Position numbers and translations under genes: made by a program
The notes under the pieces: model-generated
The model's input: only the letters and a program-made list of their open reading frames with translations
Told to the model about the DNA's origin: nothing
Database searches by the model: none
Shown here: positions 50,844-60,643 of the stretch, piece by piece
How positions within the stretch are numbered: position 1 is the first letter of the stretch
Layout: every line of letters starts with the position of its first letter
Source: an uncultured Clostridia bacterium
GTDB lineage: Bacteria; Bacillota; Clostridia; TANB77; CAG-508
Direction of reading: 5' to 3'
DNA length: 64,000 bases
Assembly: GCA_948852945.1 (NCBI GenBank)
Contig: CAQPBJ010000008.1
Coordinates: 7,470 to 71,469, forward strand

Positions 50844-52037
50844 TTATTCTTTAGTTATCTTCCCATATACTCCGCCACCACCAGCTGTAATATTCATTTT
50901 TCCTTCTCTTGCTGCAACTATACTACTTGCAACTTTAGATCCTACTACTCCTTCAATATCATCATAAGATAATTTGTGTAATATGTTCATCTCAGTTTCA
51001 AAAGTATCTAACAATTTTTCTATCGTCTTTCCACCTACTCCTGGAATAAAAGTAAGTGGTATTTGATATACATATTCTGGTCTAAATTTAGGACTTTTAG
51101 TATCTTTTTTATCTTTAATTACTTCAATTCTATCATACACACCCATAGTAATATTTCTGCTATCACAAGTATCGCAATGAATTACTGGAGCATTGCCTGG
51201 AATATTTTTATTACAAACTTCACAATAAGTTCTATGATACTTTCCAAGTTTAGGATCTAAACCATAATTAGCAATAATTTTTCTTCCAGCTTCATTTTTT
51301 AAAGCCATTACAAATTCCTTAAAACTAATATCTTCAATTTGAATTTTATTATATTCTCTAGCAATTTTAGGAAGTGAATGTGCATCAGAATTAGTTAAAA
51401 ATGTTTTAGTTTCTAACTCACTAATTTTATCTGCTAAAAATGTATCAGAACTCAAACCTAATTCTATTGCTGGAATATCTTTATATTTTTCTTTAAATAT
51501 ACGTTCTAACCTTTGAGTACAATTCCCATAAAAACTTTTATGTGGTGTAAAAGCATGTGCTGGAACTAGTATTCCATTATATTTTTTAACAATATCAATT
51601 AATTCATATGCTGATATATTAGCTCTTTGTGAACTTAAAGTAATATTTTTTATATGTGTAGACATTTCTTTTGAAAAGTTCTTTATATCTACTAATGTTG
51701 GAAAATAGCATAAATTATGAGCACTACCTGTTTTACCATTTTCATTTATTTCAGATGTTTCGATTTCACTACCTAAAATAATACATAATTTATCTTTATA
51801 AATTATTCCACCATCTTTAATTTCGTATGCCTCACCTGTTGCTAAAAATTTTTCTATATCTTCAATTACGTATGGCGATGCGCAATCTATAATTCCTGCT
51901 ATATTTATTCCTTTTCTATTTACACATTCTTTAGCTATATTAGCAAAATTTAAACTTCTTGCTGCTGTTATTTTTATTGGTTTATTATTTTCACTTCTTC
52001 CTATGTGAATGTGCATATCTGCAAATACTTCGTACAT
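50844..52037 (-). CDS. endonuclease Q-like PHP domain protein (TIGR00375-like)
   Basis: N-terminal ADMHIHIGRS, a central CEVCN...CDTCDS zinc ribbon and a C-terminal GVGGKTIEKLL helix-hairpin-helix. Confidence 0.65.
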   Translation of the reverse strand: MYEVFADMHIHIGRSENNKPIKITAARSLNFANIAKECVNRKGINIAGIIDCASPYVIEDIEKFLATGEAYEIKDGGIIYKDKLCIILGSEIETSEINENGKTGSAHNLCYFPTLVDIKNFSKEMSTHIKNITLSSQRANISAYELIDIVKKYNGILVPAHAFTPHKSFYGNCTQRLERIFKEKYKDIPAIELGLSSDTFLADKISELETKTFLTNSDAHSLPKIAREYNKIQIEDISFKEFVMALKNEAGRKIIANYGLDPKLGKYHRTYCEVCNKNIPGNAPVIHCDTCDSRNITMGVYDRIEVIKDKKDTKSPKFRPEYVYQIPLTFIPGVGGKTIEKLLDTFETEMNILHKLSYDDIEGVVGSKVASSIVAAREGKMNITAGGGGVYGKITKE

Positions 52038-52100
52038 CTATTTTTCCTCCATAAAATCATATCAAAAAAGCTACATTAATAATAAATGTAGCCATTTACG

Positions 52101-52889
52101 TTATTTTAAATCTTCAACATCAAATCCTGGTAAAAGCGGAGCTTCTTGGAAAAGTTTTAACTTTGCTCTGGCTTTCTTTAATTCATCTAATAAGTTTCCA
52201 CCCATTCTAAGTTCAGCTTCCCTTTTTCTAAAAGCTTCTTGATTTCTTTCAGATGCTGCATATATTTCTCTTACAGCTCCTGGAACATCATTTCTAGTAA
52301 CACAATTCATATCTTTTTGTAATCTTGATAATAAGCCTAAGTGCATAACTTGCATGCTTTCCATTATATCAACAAATTCTTCAAATTGTGATAAATACAT
52401 ATTTTTTATTCCAACCATATTTTTATTTGATAATATTTCTAATGCTTCTGGTACACTATAAGGTAATCTATCTGATCTATGAACTAACAAAGCTCCAAAT
52501 TGTTCTGATAATTCTAGTACATCACTTTCTTTTTCTCTAGGAACATTAGGATTTTGTCCAACTCTAGAATGTTCTGCACAAATCTTACAGAATTTATCAT
52601 TAAAACCTAATGCTTTTAAAAACTGTTTATACTCTTCTTGAGATTTTTTTAATCTTGTTAATTCTTGTGGAGAATCTATTTTTAAACAATCATATAAAAG
52701 AGCTGCAGATAAAACTAAATTTTTGTCAACATCAATTTTCATTACATCTATAAATTCTCTGGCTAATTCAGCTTTCATTATAACTGATGTATTAAAAAAA
52801 GTATTTTTCTTTTTCTTTAAATAGCTTGCAATCTCAATTTTTCTAATAAAATCTGGTTCATTTAACATATATTGAGCAAATGTTGCCAT
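52101..52889 (-). CDS. hypothetical protein
   Basis: The ATG at 52889 follows GGAGG. No motif recognised. Confidence 0.55.
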   Translation of the reverse strand: MATFAQYMLNEPDFIRKIEIASYLKKKKNTFFNTSVIMKAELAREFIDVMKIDVDKNLVLSAALLYDCLKIDSPQELTRLKKSQEEYKQFLKALGFNDKFCKICAEHSRVGQNPNVPREKESDVLELSEQFGALLVHRSDRLPYSVPEALEILSNKNMVGIKNMYLSQFEEFVDIMESMQVMHLGLLSRLQKDMNCVTRNDVPGAVREIYAASERNQEAFRKREAELRMGGNLLDELKKARAKLKLFQEAPLLPGFDVEDLK

Positions 52890-53039
52890 AATTTTTCCTC
52901 CACATATAATATGCACACATTATATGTCATGTATTATTATTTTTCAACAAATGTAATATAAATGTAACAATATATTTATTGCTAATTTATACACGCAAAA
53001 AAGGATTACTTTCGTAATCCTTAAAATTTATTAATTTAA

Positions 53040-53366
53040 TTAAATATTATACTTTCTAATCTTTGTATATGTATATATTGCAGATATAGAAGTTAATGCT
53101 ATTAATACTATTATTCCTGTTGAAGATTCACTTCCTGTAGCTGGTAATGGTGTATTGTTCACTGGTGCTGGAATATTATTTACAACTGGTGTATTATTTA
53201 CTGCATTATTTGTAGGTACATTATTTACAGGTGTATTATTACTTGTATTTCCTGTAGAATTTCCTATATTTGTAATCTGTGCAGCAAAATTTATTTTTGC
53301 AGAACAAACAATTAGCATAATCATTAAAATAACTGTTACTACCTTTAACTTACTTATTTTCTTCAT
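53040..53366 (-). CDS. small Asn/Thr-rich LPXTG-anchored surface protein
   Basis: A signal peptide and a low-complexity NNTPVNN region. An LPATG motif is followed by a hydrophobic segment and a basic tail. Confidence 0.65.
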   Translation of the reverse strand: MKKISKLKVVTVILMIMLIVCSAKINFAAQITNIGNSTGNTSNNTPVNNVPTNNAVNNTPVVNNIPAPVNNTPLPATGSESSTGIIVLIALTSISAIYTYTKIRKYNI

Positions 53367-53510
53367 ATCTGTACTCCTTTGTTTTTTTATACATAACTAT
53401 TATAACATAAAAAATTTTTACAATGCAATAGCTTTTTGTATTTTTTCCTCTTTTTTTGTAAATAATAGAAAAAAAGTTAAAATATTTTATCAATAAGGAG
53501 AAAAGTTTAT

Positions 53511-53786
53511 ATGACAAAACCATCAATAAACTTATCTTGCAAAGATAACACTAAATTAATATCTTTTCTAGAAAAATTTTATAATAAAAAGTTCGATAAA
53601 TCAATAGAAAATTTTTCCTTTGAAAATCCTATTGAAATGATTGATTTATTAAGTGCTGTTGTAGATAATAATGACAAATACAATATACATGCTTGGATAA
53701 ATCTAGATGAAGATATATTTTTAAGAGTAACTAACTCTAATCTAGATGCAATTGTTAAATATCTTTATGAAAGATACCCTTATTAA
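53511..53786 (+). CDS. hypothetical small protein (91 aa)
   Basis: The ORF has AAGGAG upstream. No motif recognised. Confidence 0.5.
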   Translation: MTKPSINLSCKDNTKLISFLEKFYNKKFDKSIENFSFENPIEMIDLLSAVVDNNDKYNIHAWINLDEDIFLRVTNSNLDAIVKYLYERYPY

Positions 53787-54224
53787 TTATTTTTCTAAAA
53801 TAATTGTCACTGGTCCATCATTTAATAACTCAACTTTCATATGTGCTCCAAATATTCCAGTTCCTACATTTTTCACTTCTTTTCGACATTGTTCTACAAA
53901 ATATTCATAAAGCTTCTCTGCCATTTCTGGTTTTGCACTATTTACAAAACTAGGTCTATTTCCTTTTTGAGAGTCTGCATATAATGTAAATTGAGAAACT
54001 ATTAACAATTCTCCATCAATATCTTTAATAGATAAATTCATTTTATCATTTTCATCTGTGAATACTCTTAAATTACACAATTTTTTTACTAAATAATCTG
54101 CTACTTCTTTTGTGTCTGTATGAGTTACTCCTAGTAATACTAGATATCCTTTTCCTATTTTGCCTGTAATTTTTCCCTCTACTGTTACTTGACTATTTGT
54201 TACTCTCTGAACAACTAATTTCAT
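53787..54224 (-). CDS. dtd: D-aminoacyl-tRNA deacylase
   Basis: MKLVVQRV...SQFTLYAD...GNRPSF. Confidence 0.9.
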   Translation of the reverse strand: MKLVVQRVTNSQVTVEGKITGKIGKGYLVLLGVTHTDTKEVADYLVKKLCNLRVFTDENDKMNLSIKDIDGELLIVSQFTLYADSQKGNRPSFVNSAKPEMAEKLYEYFVEQCRKEVKNVGTGIFGAHMKVELLNDGPVTIILEK

Positions 54225-54238
54225 TTTATTTCCTCATT

Positions 54239-54895
54239 TTAGTTTTCGTTTTTAGTTCCACAGTTGGCACAAAATACATCTCCATCTTCAAGTATTTCAC
54301 CACACTTAGAACATTTTCTCTTTTCTTCTTTTTTCTCAGTAGTCTTCTTTTCTTTAGTTTTCTTCTCTTCTTTTACTTCTACTATTTCTTCTACTACTGC
54401 TTCTTCAGTATTTTCTTCTATTACGACTTCTTTTTTAGTTCCGCATTTTGGACAGAATTCATTTTTATCATCTATAATTTCAGAACATCCAGAACATTTT
54501 CTTTTTCCTTTTGGAATAAACTGTTCTACTTCTATTTTTTCTTGTTCTTTTCCACATTGTGGACAAAATGTAGTATTAATTTCCACTTCAACTCCACAGT
54601 TTGGACAGATTTTCTTGTTATTTAAAATTAAGATTTCTCTTTTTAGTTCTTCATTTTGTTTAAGCATCACATCAATTTCTTCAATTTTTTTATCTACAAA
54701 TTCCATTACACCTTCATTCATTGTTTTTTCTTCATAGATTTTTTTACCAATTTCAGAATATGTTTGTTCTATCTTTGAATTATTTTCATTTATTGTTTTT
54801 TTACATTTGCTTTCTCTTTGTGATTTATTCATACTTTCTTGAAAACTGCTTGAAATCTCTGCTCCCTTTTTTGTTAATCCATCTAAAAATCCCAT
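54239..54895 (-). CDS. zinc-ribbon domain protein (three CxxC-x-CxxCG ribbons)
   Basis: Ribbons CPNCG...CPQCG, CSGCS...CPKCG and CSKCG...CANCG, with a Lys/Glu-rich linker. Confidence 0.7.
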   Translation of the reverse strand: MGFLDGLTKKGAEISSSFQESMNKSQRESKCKKTINENNSKIEQTYSEIGKKIYEEKTMNEGVMEFVDKKIEEIDVMLKQNEELKREILILNNKKICPNCGVEVEINTTFCPQCGKEQEKIEVEQFIPKGKRKCSGCSEIIDDKNEFCPKCGTKKEVVIEENTEEAVVEEIVEVKEEKKTKEKKTTEKKEEKRKCSKCGEILEDGDVFCANCGTKNEN

Positions 54896-54914
54896 TTTAA
54901 AATTCCTCCTAATT

Positions 54915-55898
54915 TTATTCTTCCTTTAAATCTCTAGTCATAAGTATATTAACAGCTTCTCTTGGATCTAATTTATTAAATAATACTTCATATACTGTAT
55001 TTATAATTGGCACTTCGATATTATGCTTTTTAGCTAGTTTATATGCAACTTCAATATTATCAATACTTTCTATTGTCATACCTACTTCTTTTCTTGTTTC
55101 TTCAATTGTCTTTCCTTGACCTATAAGCATACCTGCTCTTCTATTTCTGCTATGCATACTACTACAAGTAACAATTAAATCTCCTAAACCTGTAAGTCCA
55201 TAAAAAGTTTCTTTTTTTCCACCTAATGCAACTCCTAATCTTGACAATTCTACTAAACCTCTTGTAAGTAAAGCTGCAAAAGTATTATCTCCAAGATTTA
55301 AACCTGCTGATACTCCTGCACAAAAAGCTATAATATTTTTTAAAGCTCCTCCAAGTTCTACTCCTTTAACATCTTGTGATGTATACATTCTCATTTTATC
55401 ACTTTTAAATATATCAACAACTAAATCAGATAATTCTTTATGTTCAGATGCTACAACTAAAGCTGTTGGAATAAGAATTGAAACCTCTTCTGCATGACTA
55501 GGTCCAGAAAGAACTCCTATTTTATTATTAGGTAATTCTTCTTTTGCTACATCATCTAACGTTTTTAAAGAATCAGCTTCAAAACCTTTTGAACAAATAA
55601 CTACTGCTTGATCTGTAACGTAATCTTTATATTTTTTTATTGTATCTCTTGTAAACTTTGAAGGTGTAACATGTAATATAAGTTCTGTCCCTTCTAATAC
55701 TTCTTTCATATCTGTAGAACAATACACATTTTCTGGTATTACAGCATTAGGTAAGAATTTACATTTTCTTTCTTTATTTAATAAATCTCTTTCTTCTTCC
55801 GAAAAAGACCAAATATTAACAAGGTGTCCTTGGCCTGCTAAATAAATTGCAAGAGCAACTCCCCAGCTTCCACTTCCTATAATCGCAACTTTCTTCAT
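54915..55898 (-). CDS. gpsA: NAD(P)H-dependent glycerol-3-phosphate dehydrogenase
   Basis: VAIIGSGSWG N-terminus and the GALKN and GLGDL motifs. Confidence 0.92.
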   Translation of the reverse strand: MKKVAIIGSGSWGVALAIYLAGQGHLVNIWSFSEEERDLLNKERKCKFLPNAVIPENVYCSTDMKEVLEGTELILHVTPSKFTRDTIKKYKDYVTDQAVVICSKGFEADSLKTLDDVAKEELPNNKIGVLSGPSHAEEVSILIPTALVVASEHKELSDLVVDIFKSDKMRMYTSQDVKGVELGGALKNIIAFCAGVSAGLNLGDNTFAALLTRGLVELSRLGVALGGKKETFYGLTGLGDLIVTCSSMHSRNRRAGMLIGQGKTIEETRKEVGMTIESIDNIEVAYKLAKKHNIEVPIINTVYEVLFNKLDPREAVNILMTRDLKEE

Positions 55899-55914
55899 AT
55901 ACTCTCCTTTATTA

Positions 55915-56529
55915 TTAAAATATTTTATTTTCTTGCCCTTTTAGTAATCTTTTTATATTAGTTCTATGATTAAAACATACAAATACACCAAGTAAAATTC
56001 CAAAAATTCTATAATCACCCTCAACTAAATAGTTTTCATGAATGAATAATGTTAAAACTGGAAATAAAATTGCAGCTGCAACAGATCCAAGAGAAACCAT
56101 TCTTGTTAAAATTATTAAAATTAATGCAAATACTAAACATATTAAACCTATTTGCCAATTTGTAAGTAAAATTATACCTAAACTAGTAGCAACACCTTTT
56201 CCACCTTTAAATCCAAAAAACACTGGAAATGTATGACCTAAAACTACAGCCAATCCTGCTACTTGAATTAAGTATTCTACATGTTCATAATTATCAATAT
56301 GTCCAATTAACTTTGCAAATAAAATAGCTACTACACCTTTCAAAATATCACATACTAATGTAAGTATAGCTATCTTCTTTCCTGCTGTTCTAAGCACATT
56401 TGTACTTCCTGCATTTTTACTACCTTTTTCTCTAACATCAAAACCTGCTAATTTTTTAGTAAAAATTACAGAAAAACTAATACTACCAATAAGATATGCA
56501 ACTAATGCAACTAATATATATATCGCCAT
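55915..56529 (-). CDS. plsY: glycerol-3-phosphate acyltransferase
   Basis: GSKNAGSTNVLR and GGKGVAT motifs. Polytopic, 204 aa. Confidence 0.9.
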   Translation of the reverse strand: MAIYILVALVAYLIGSISFSVIFTKKLAGFDVREKGSKNAGSTNVLRTAGKKIAILTLVCDILKGVVAILFAKLIGHIDNYEHVEYLIQVAGLAVVLGHTFPVFFGFKGGKGVATSLGIILLTNWQIGLICLVFALILIILTRMVSLGSVAAAILFPVLTLFIHENYLVEGDYRIFGILLGVFVCFNHRTNIKRLLKGQENKIF

Positions 56530-56556
56530 ACCTTTTTCCTCCTTATCTTTCGCAAT

Positions 56557-57888
56557 TTATTCTTCTACTTTTTCATTTTTTTCTCTAACAATAATTCTAA
56601 CTGGTGTTCCCTCTAATCCAAAATTATTTCTAATACAATTTATTAAATATCTTTCATATGAAAAGTGAAATAATTCTTTTCTATTTACAAAAATAACAAA
56701 TGTTGGTGGTTTAGTTGAAGCTTGTGTTCCATAAAAGATTTTTAATCTTTTCCCTTTATCTGATGGTGGTTGTACAACAGCTATTGCTTCATTAATTACT
56801 TGATTTAAAACCGCTGTAGAAACTCTTAAAGCATTTTGATTTGCCACATTATTTATCATCTCGAATAATTTATTCACTCTTTGTCCAGTTTTAGCTGAAA
56901 TAAATATTATAGGTGCATATGTAACAAATGGTAATTCATTATATACATCTTTTTTAAATTTTTCTATAGTGTGTGTATCTTTTGAAACCTCATCCCATTT
57001 ATTTACAGCAATTATAATACCTTTTCCAGCTTCATGAGCTTCACCAATTACCTTTGAATCTTGCTCACTTACTCCTTCTGTTGAATCTATCATCATAATA
57101 CAAACATCAGCTCTATCTATCGCTAAGTTTGATCTCATAACACTATATTTTTCTATATTTTCTTTTACTTTACTTTTTCTTCTAATTCCTGCTGTATCTA
57201 TAAAAATATATTTTCCAAATTCATTTTCATATTCAGAATCAATTGCATCTCTAGTAGTTCCTGCAACATCACTAACTATAACTCTATTTTCGCCTAATAT
57301 TCTATTAATTAAAGAAGATTTACCAACATTAGGTTTTCCAATAACTGCTACTTTTATAACTTCTGAATCATTATCTTCTTCTTTTTCATCTGGAAATTTT
57401 TCATAAATAGCATCTAAGACATCACCAACACCAATAGCATTCGCTGCTGAAAGTGCAATAGGTGTTCCAATTCCTAAATTATAAAATTCATACAGTTCAA
57501 CTGGATCTCCTCCAAAATTATCTGCTTTATTACATACTAAAATAATTGGCTTTTTAGATTTCTTAAGCATTATAGATATTTCTTGATCAACAGCTGTAAC
57601 ACCTTGTTTTATATCTGTCAAAAATATAATAACATCAGCTACAGAAATTGCAATATCAACTTGCTCTCTCATTTGATCTACTATCGTATCTCCAGTCATC
57701 TCTTCTATTCCTGCTGTATCTATAACTGTAAAATCTCTACCTCTCCAATTTGATTCTGCATATACTCTATCTCTAGTAACTCCTGGAGTATCTTCTACAA
57801 TAGAAATTCTTTGTCCAACTATATAATTAAAAAATGTAGATTTTCCTACATTAGGTCTTCCTACAATAGCAACTACTGGTTTTGACAT
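56557..57888 (-). CDS. der: ribosome-associated GTPase EngA/Der
   Basis: Two GTPase domains (GRPNVGKS, GKPNVGKS) plus a KH-like C-terminus. Confidence 0.93.
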   Translation of the reverse strand: MSKPVVAIVGRPNVGKSTFFNYIVGQRISIVEDTPGVTRDRVYAESNWRGRDFTVIDTAGIEEMTGDTIVDQMREQVDIAISVADVIIFLTDIKQGVTAVDQEISIMLKKSKKPIILVCNKADNFGGDPVELYEFYNLGIGTPIALSAANAIGVGDVLDAIYEKFPDEKEEDNDSEVIKVAVIGKPNVGKSSLINRILGENRVIVSDVAGTTRDAIDSEYENEFGKYIFIDTAGIRRKSKVKENIEKYSVMRSNLAIDRADVCIMMIDSTEGVSEQDSKVIGEAHEAGKGIIIAVNKWDEVSKDTHTIEKFKKDVYNELPFVTYAPIIFISAKTGQRVNKLFEMINNVANQNALRVSTAVLNQVINEAIAVVQPPSDKGKRLKIFYGTQASTKPPTFVIFVNRKELFHFSYERYLINCIRNNFGLEGTPVRIIVREKNEKVEE

Positions 57889-58150
57889 TTTCTCGCAGTT
57901 TCCTTTCTCTTTTTTAGCACATTTATTTTATAATAAATATTAGTAAATTTCAACTAAAATACATCTTTTATTTAAATTTAGCCAACAATCAATGTTTATT
58001 TAAAGAACAATAGTGGGCTGATAAAAATTTGCTAAACTTTAATAAGCAACGTTCTGCCCACGTTTAATTGTTTGTCCGCGAAAATTCTGAAAGAATTTTC
58101 TGTGGAATGTATTTATATTATAGGAAGTTCGGAGAACTTTCCTATAATAC

Positions 58151-58190
58151 AAAAAAAAGAAACAGACTTATTAAATAAGCCTGTCTCTTT
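58151..58190 (-). terminator. Rho-independent terminator of rpmF
   Basis: aagaaacagactta pairs with taagcctgtctctt, with a long T-run on the minus strand. Confidence 0.7.
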
Positions 58191-58196
58191 TAATTA

Positions 58197-58385
58197 TTAT
58201 TTCTTATCTTCTTTAACTGCTACTACTTCTTTTCCATTATAATATCCACAATTTGAGCAAACTCTATGTTGCATAACTGGTTCATGACAATGTGGGCATG
58301 TAGCTAAGTTTTTTTCTTCTATCTTCCATGTAGATCTTTTTAAACCTGTTCTAGCTTTAGACCATCTTCTTTTTGGTTGTGCCAT
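58197..58385 (-). CDS. rpmF: 50S ribosomal protein L32
   Basis: MAQPKRRWSKAR...CPHC...HRVCSNCGYY. Confidence 0.9.
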   Translation of the reverse strand: MAQPKRRWSKARTGLKRSTWKIEEKNLATCPHCHEPVMQHRVCSNCGYYNGKEVVAVKEDKK

Positions 58386-58488
58386 CTCTATTCCCTCCTT
58401 GCTTTCTTATATGTTTATGTGAAAATTTATTTTTTCTCTTTTTAAGTTACTAAAAGATTATACATCAAGATTTTAACGATGTCAATAA

Positions 58489-59097
58489 TTAAGCTTTATT
58501 TTTGTCTCTTAATTCAATAACTTTTGACATTACTTGGCTAGTTAGTCCATCAATAACTTCTTTATTTTTGGCATTTTCTTTATATTCATTAAAATTCATT
58601 GGTTCTCCAAATCTATATACAACTTTTGTAAATGGTTTAAAAGAACCTGATACTCCAAATGGAATTATAGGTACATTCATTCTAATTGCCAAGTTTACTG
58701 CGCCATTTTTAGGTTTTATTCCTCTTTCCATTCCATTTCTAGTTCCTTCTGGATACATACCTAATATTTCATTTGATTTTAATATTTTTATTGACGTCTT
58801 TATTGCTTCTGTACCTTTTTGCCCTCTTGCAACTGGAAAAACTTCAAAAATCCATGCCATAAATTTAAAACCAGTACTTTTCCATAACTCTTGTTTTGCC
58901 ATAAATCTTATTTTTCTTGAAGTAGAAGCAATTAAAGCTGGAGCATCTAATGCATGAACATGGTTTCCACAAATTATACAAGCTGATTCTTTAGGAAGAT
59001 TTTCTAAACCTTCAATTTTTACTCTATATACTATTTTAGCTGCAATAAAACATAATGGTTTTATAATTATCTGACAAATCTTTTTTAATATATTCAA
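58489..59097 (-). CDS. plsC: 1-acyl-sn-glycerol-3-phosphate acyltransferase
   Basis: NHVHALD (HX4D) and YPEGTR motifs. Confidence 0.85.
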   Translation of the reverse strand: MNILKKICQIIIKPLCFIAAKIVYRVKIEGLENLPKESACIICGNHVHALDAPALIASTSRKIRFMAKQELWKSTGFKFMAWIFEVFPVARGQKGTEAIKTSIKILKSNEILGMYPEGTRNGMERGIKPKNGAVNLAIRMNVPIIPFGVSGSFKPFTKVVYRFGEPMNFNEYKENAKNKEVIDGLTSQVMSKVIELRDKNKA

Positions 59098-59108
59098 AGC
59101 CTACACTC

Positions 59109-59768
59109 CTATTTTCTTTCTTTTATTATTTCTTCTACTCTATTAGTCATTTCTTCTATTGTTAGTTTACTAGAATCTACAATAATAGCATCATCTGCAA
59201 CTTTTAGTGCCCCAACTTCTTTATTTTTATCATTCTCATCTCTTAGTTTAATATTTTCTAATATTTCTTCAAAAGAGCCCTCTATTCCTTTTTCTTGATT
59301 TTCCTTAAATCTTCTCTTTGCTCTTTCTTCAACATTAGCGTCTAAATATATTTTTACATCAGCATTCGGAAAAACATAAGTACCAATATCTCTTCCTTCC
59401 ATAATAACATCTTTTCCTTTTGCCATTCTTCTTTGCAATTCTACCATTTTTAATCTAACTGGTACAATAGAAGATACTTGTGACACAATTTTAGTTACTT
59501 CCATATTTCTAATTTCAGATGTAACCTCTTCTCCATTTAAAAATACTTTGATATCATCATTTTCATATTCAAATTCAATATCTAAATCATCAACTAGGTC
59601 AATTATCTTTTGTTTATCTTCTACTGTTAAACCTCTTCTTAGTGTTTCTAAAGCTACACATCTATAAGTAGCCCCTGTATCTAAATTAATCAATCCCATT
59701 CTTTTTGCAATAAGTTTTGTTACTGTTCCTTTACCACTACCAGCTGGTCCATCAATCGCTACAATCAT
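59109..59768 (-). CDS. cmk: cytidylate kinase
   Basis: VAIDGPAGSGKGTV P-loop. Length 219 aa. Confidence 0.92.
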   Translation of the reverse strand: MIVAIDGPAGSGKGTVTKLIAKRMGLINLDTGATYRCVALETLRRGLTVEDKQKIIDLVDDLDIEFEYENDDIKVFLNGEEVTSEIRNMEVTKIVSQVSSIVPVRLKMVELQRRMAKGKDVIMEGRDIGTYVFPNADVKIYLDANVEERAKRRFKENQEKGIEGSFEEILENIKLRDENDKNKEVGALKVADDAIIVDSSKLTIEEMTNRVEEIIKERK

Positions 59769-59782
59769 TTTTCTACTCCTTT

Positions 59783-60631
59783 TTAATTTTCTTCTGGAAA
59801 ATGAATTTGTTTTGCAACAATTTCTACATTTGAAATATACATTGCTGTTAAATTTTCTATTTCTCTTCTTGTTTCTTTTTTTAGTATTCTTAAAACTTCT
59901 ATCATATTTGATTCATATTCGATAGATACTTCTATATATAGTCTTACACCTGCTGTATCATTATGAGTTTTATCAACTCTTATTTTTAAAATTTTATAAA
60001 CTCCCTCAACTTTCTTAGCCACTGTTACTATTATATCTTTAAAAACACTATCAGAAATTGTAAAGTTTCCTAAATAACTAAAAGTTGGTCTTATTATTGA
60101 TTTTTCTGCAATATATGGTTCAACATCTTTCCCTTTGGATTTAAAAATTTGAAGTGGATCTAATAAATATCCAGAAAAATCTTTTTTTATTTCAAAAGTC
60201 GGAACTGGTATAACATGTTTTCCTTGCGTCACGCGTATTCTTCTTGCTGTATCCATTTCGTCTTGTGTAGCAACTTCATTGATATATATTCTTTCTGAAA
60301 TTGGTGGCAAGCCAAGATTTGCTGCAATTTTATCTACCATTCCATCTGAAGTTCCTAAAATAAGTATAGAATCAGGTCTATATTTTCTTATTGCTTTTTG
60401 TATTTCTTCTTTTTGCTCTTCTAATAAAAACAATGCATTTTTAACAGTTTCAATTTTAGTAGGAGCTTTTTTAGCCGAAACTCCTGCTATAACCTGACTA
60501 TCTTTTATTAATAAACCATCATCAATTATATATTTAATATTTCTTTCTCCTGCTACATATTGAGCCCTATAACTTTTGCCTGTCCCTGAAGGACCAATAA
60601 ATGCATAACTTTTTATTTTAAATAAAAACAT
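59783..60631 (-). CDS. P-loop NTPase domain fused to an Asp23/Gls24-like domain
   Basis: N-terminal GPSGTGKS. The C-terminal 100 aa (ISDSVFKDIIVTVAKKVEGV...VRLYIEVSIEY...NVEIVAKQI) match the Asp23 pattern. Confidence 0.6.
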   Translation of the reverse strand: MFLFKIKSYAFIGPSGTGKSYRAQYVAGERNIKYIIDDGLLIKDSQVIAGVSAKKAPTKIETVKNALFLLEEQKEEIQKAIRKYRPDSILILGTSDGMVDKIAANLGLPPISERIYINEVATQDEMDTARRIRVTQGKHVIPVPTFEIKKDFSGYLLDPLQIFKSKGKDVEPYIAEKSIIRPTFSYLGNFTISDSVFKDIIVTVAKKVEGVYKILKIRVDKTHNDTAGVRLYIEVSIEYESNMIEVLRILKKETRREIENLTAMYISNVEIVAKQIHFPEEN

Positions 60632-60643
60632 TTTATCTCCCCT

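Noticed and set aside
54197-54737. Two long plus-strand ORFs (142 and 157 aa) with Phe/Ser-rich low-complexity products.
   Set aside because: They are antisense shadows of the Lys/Glu-rich zinc-ribbon gene at 54239..54895.
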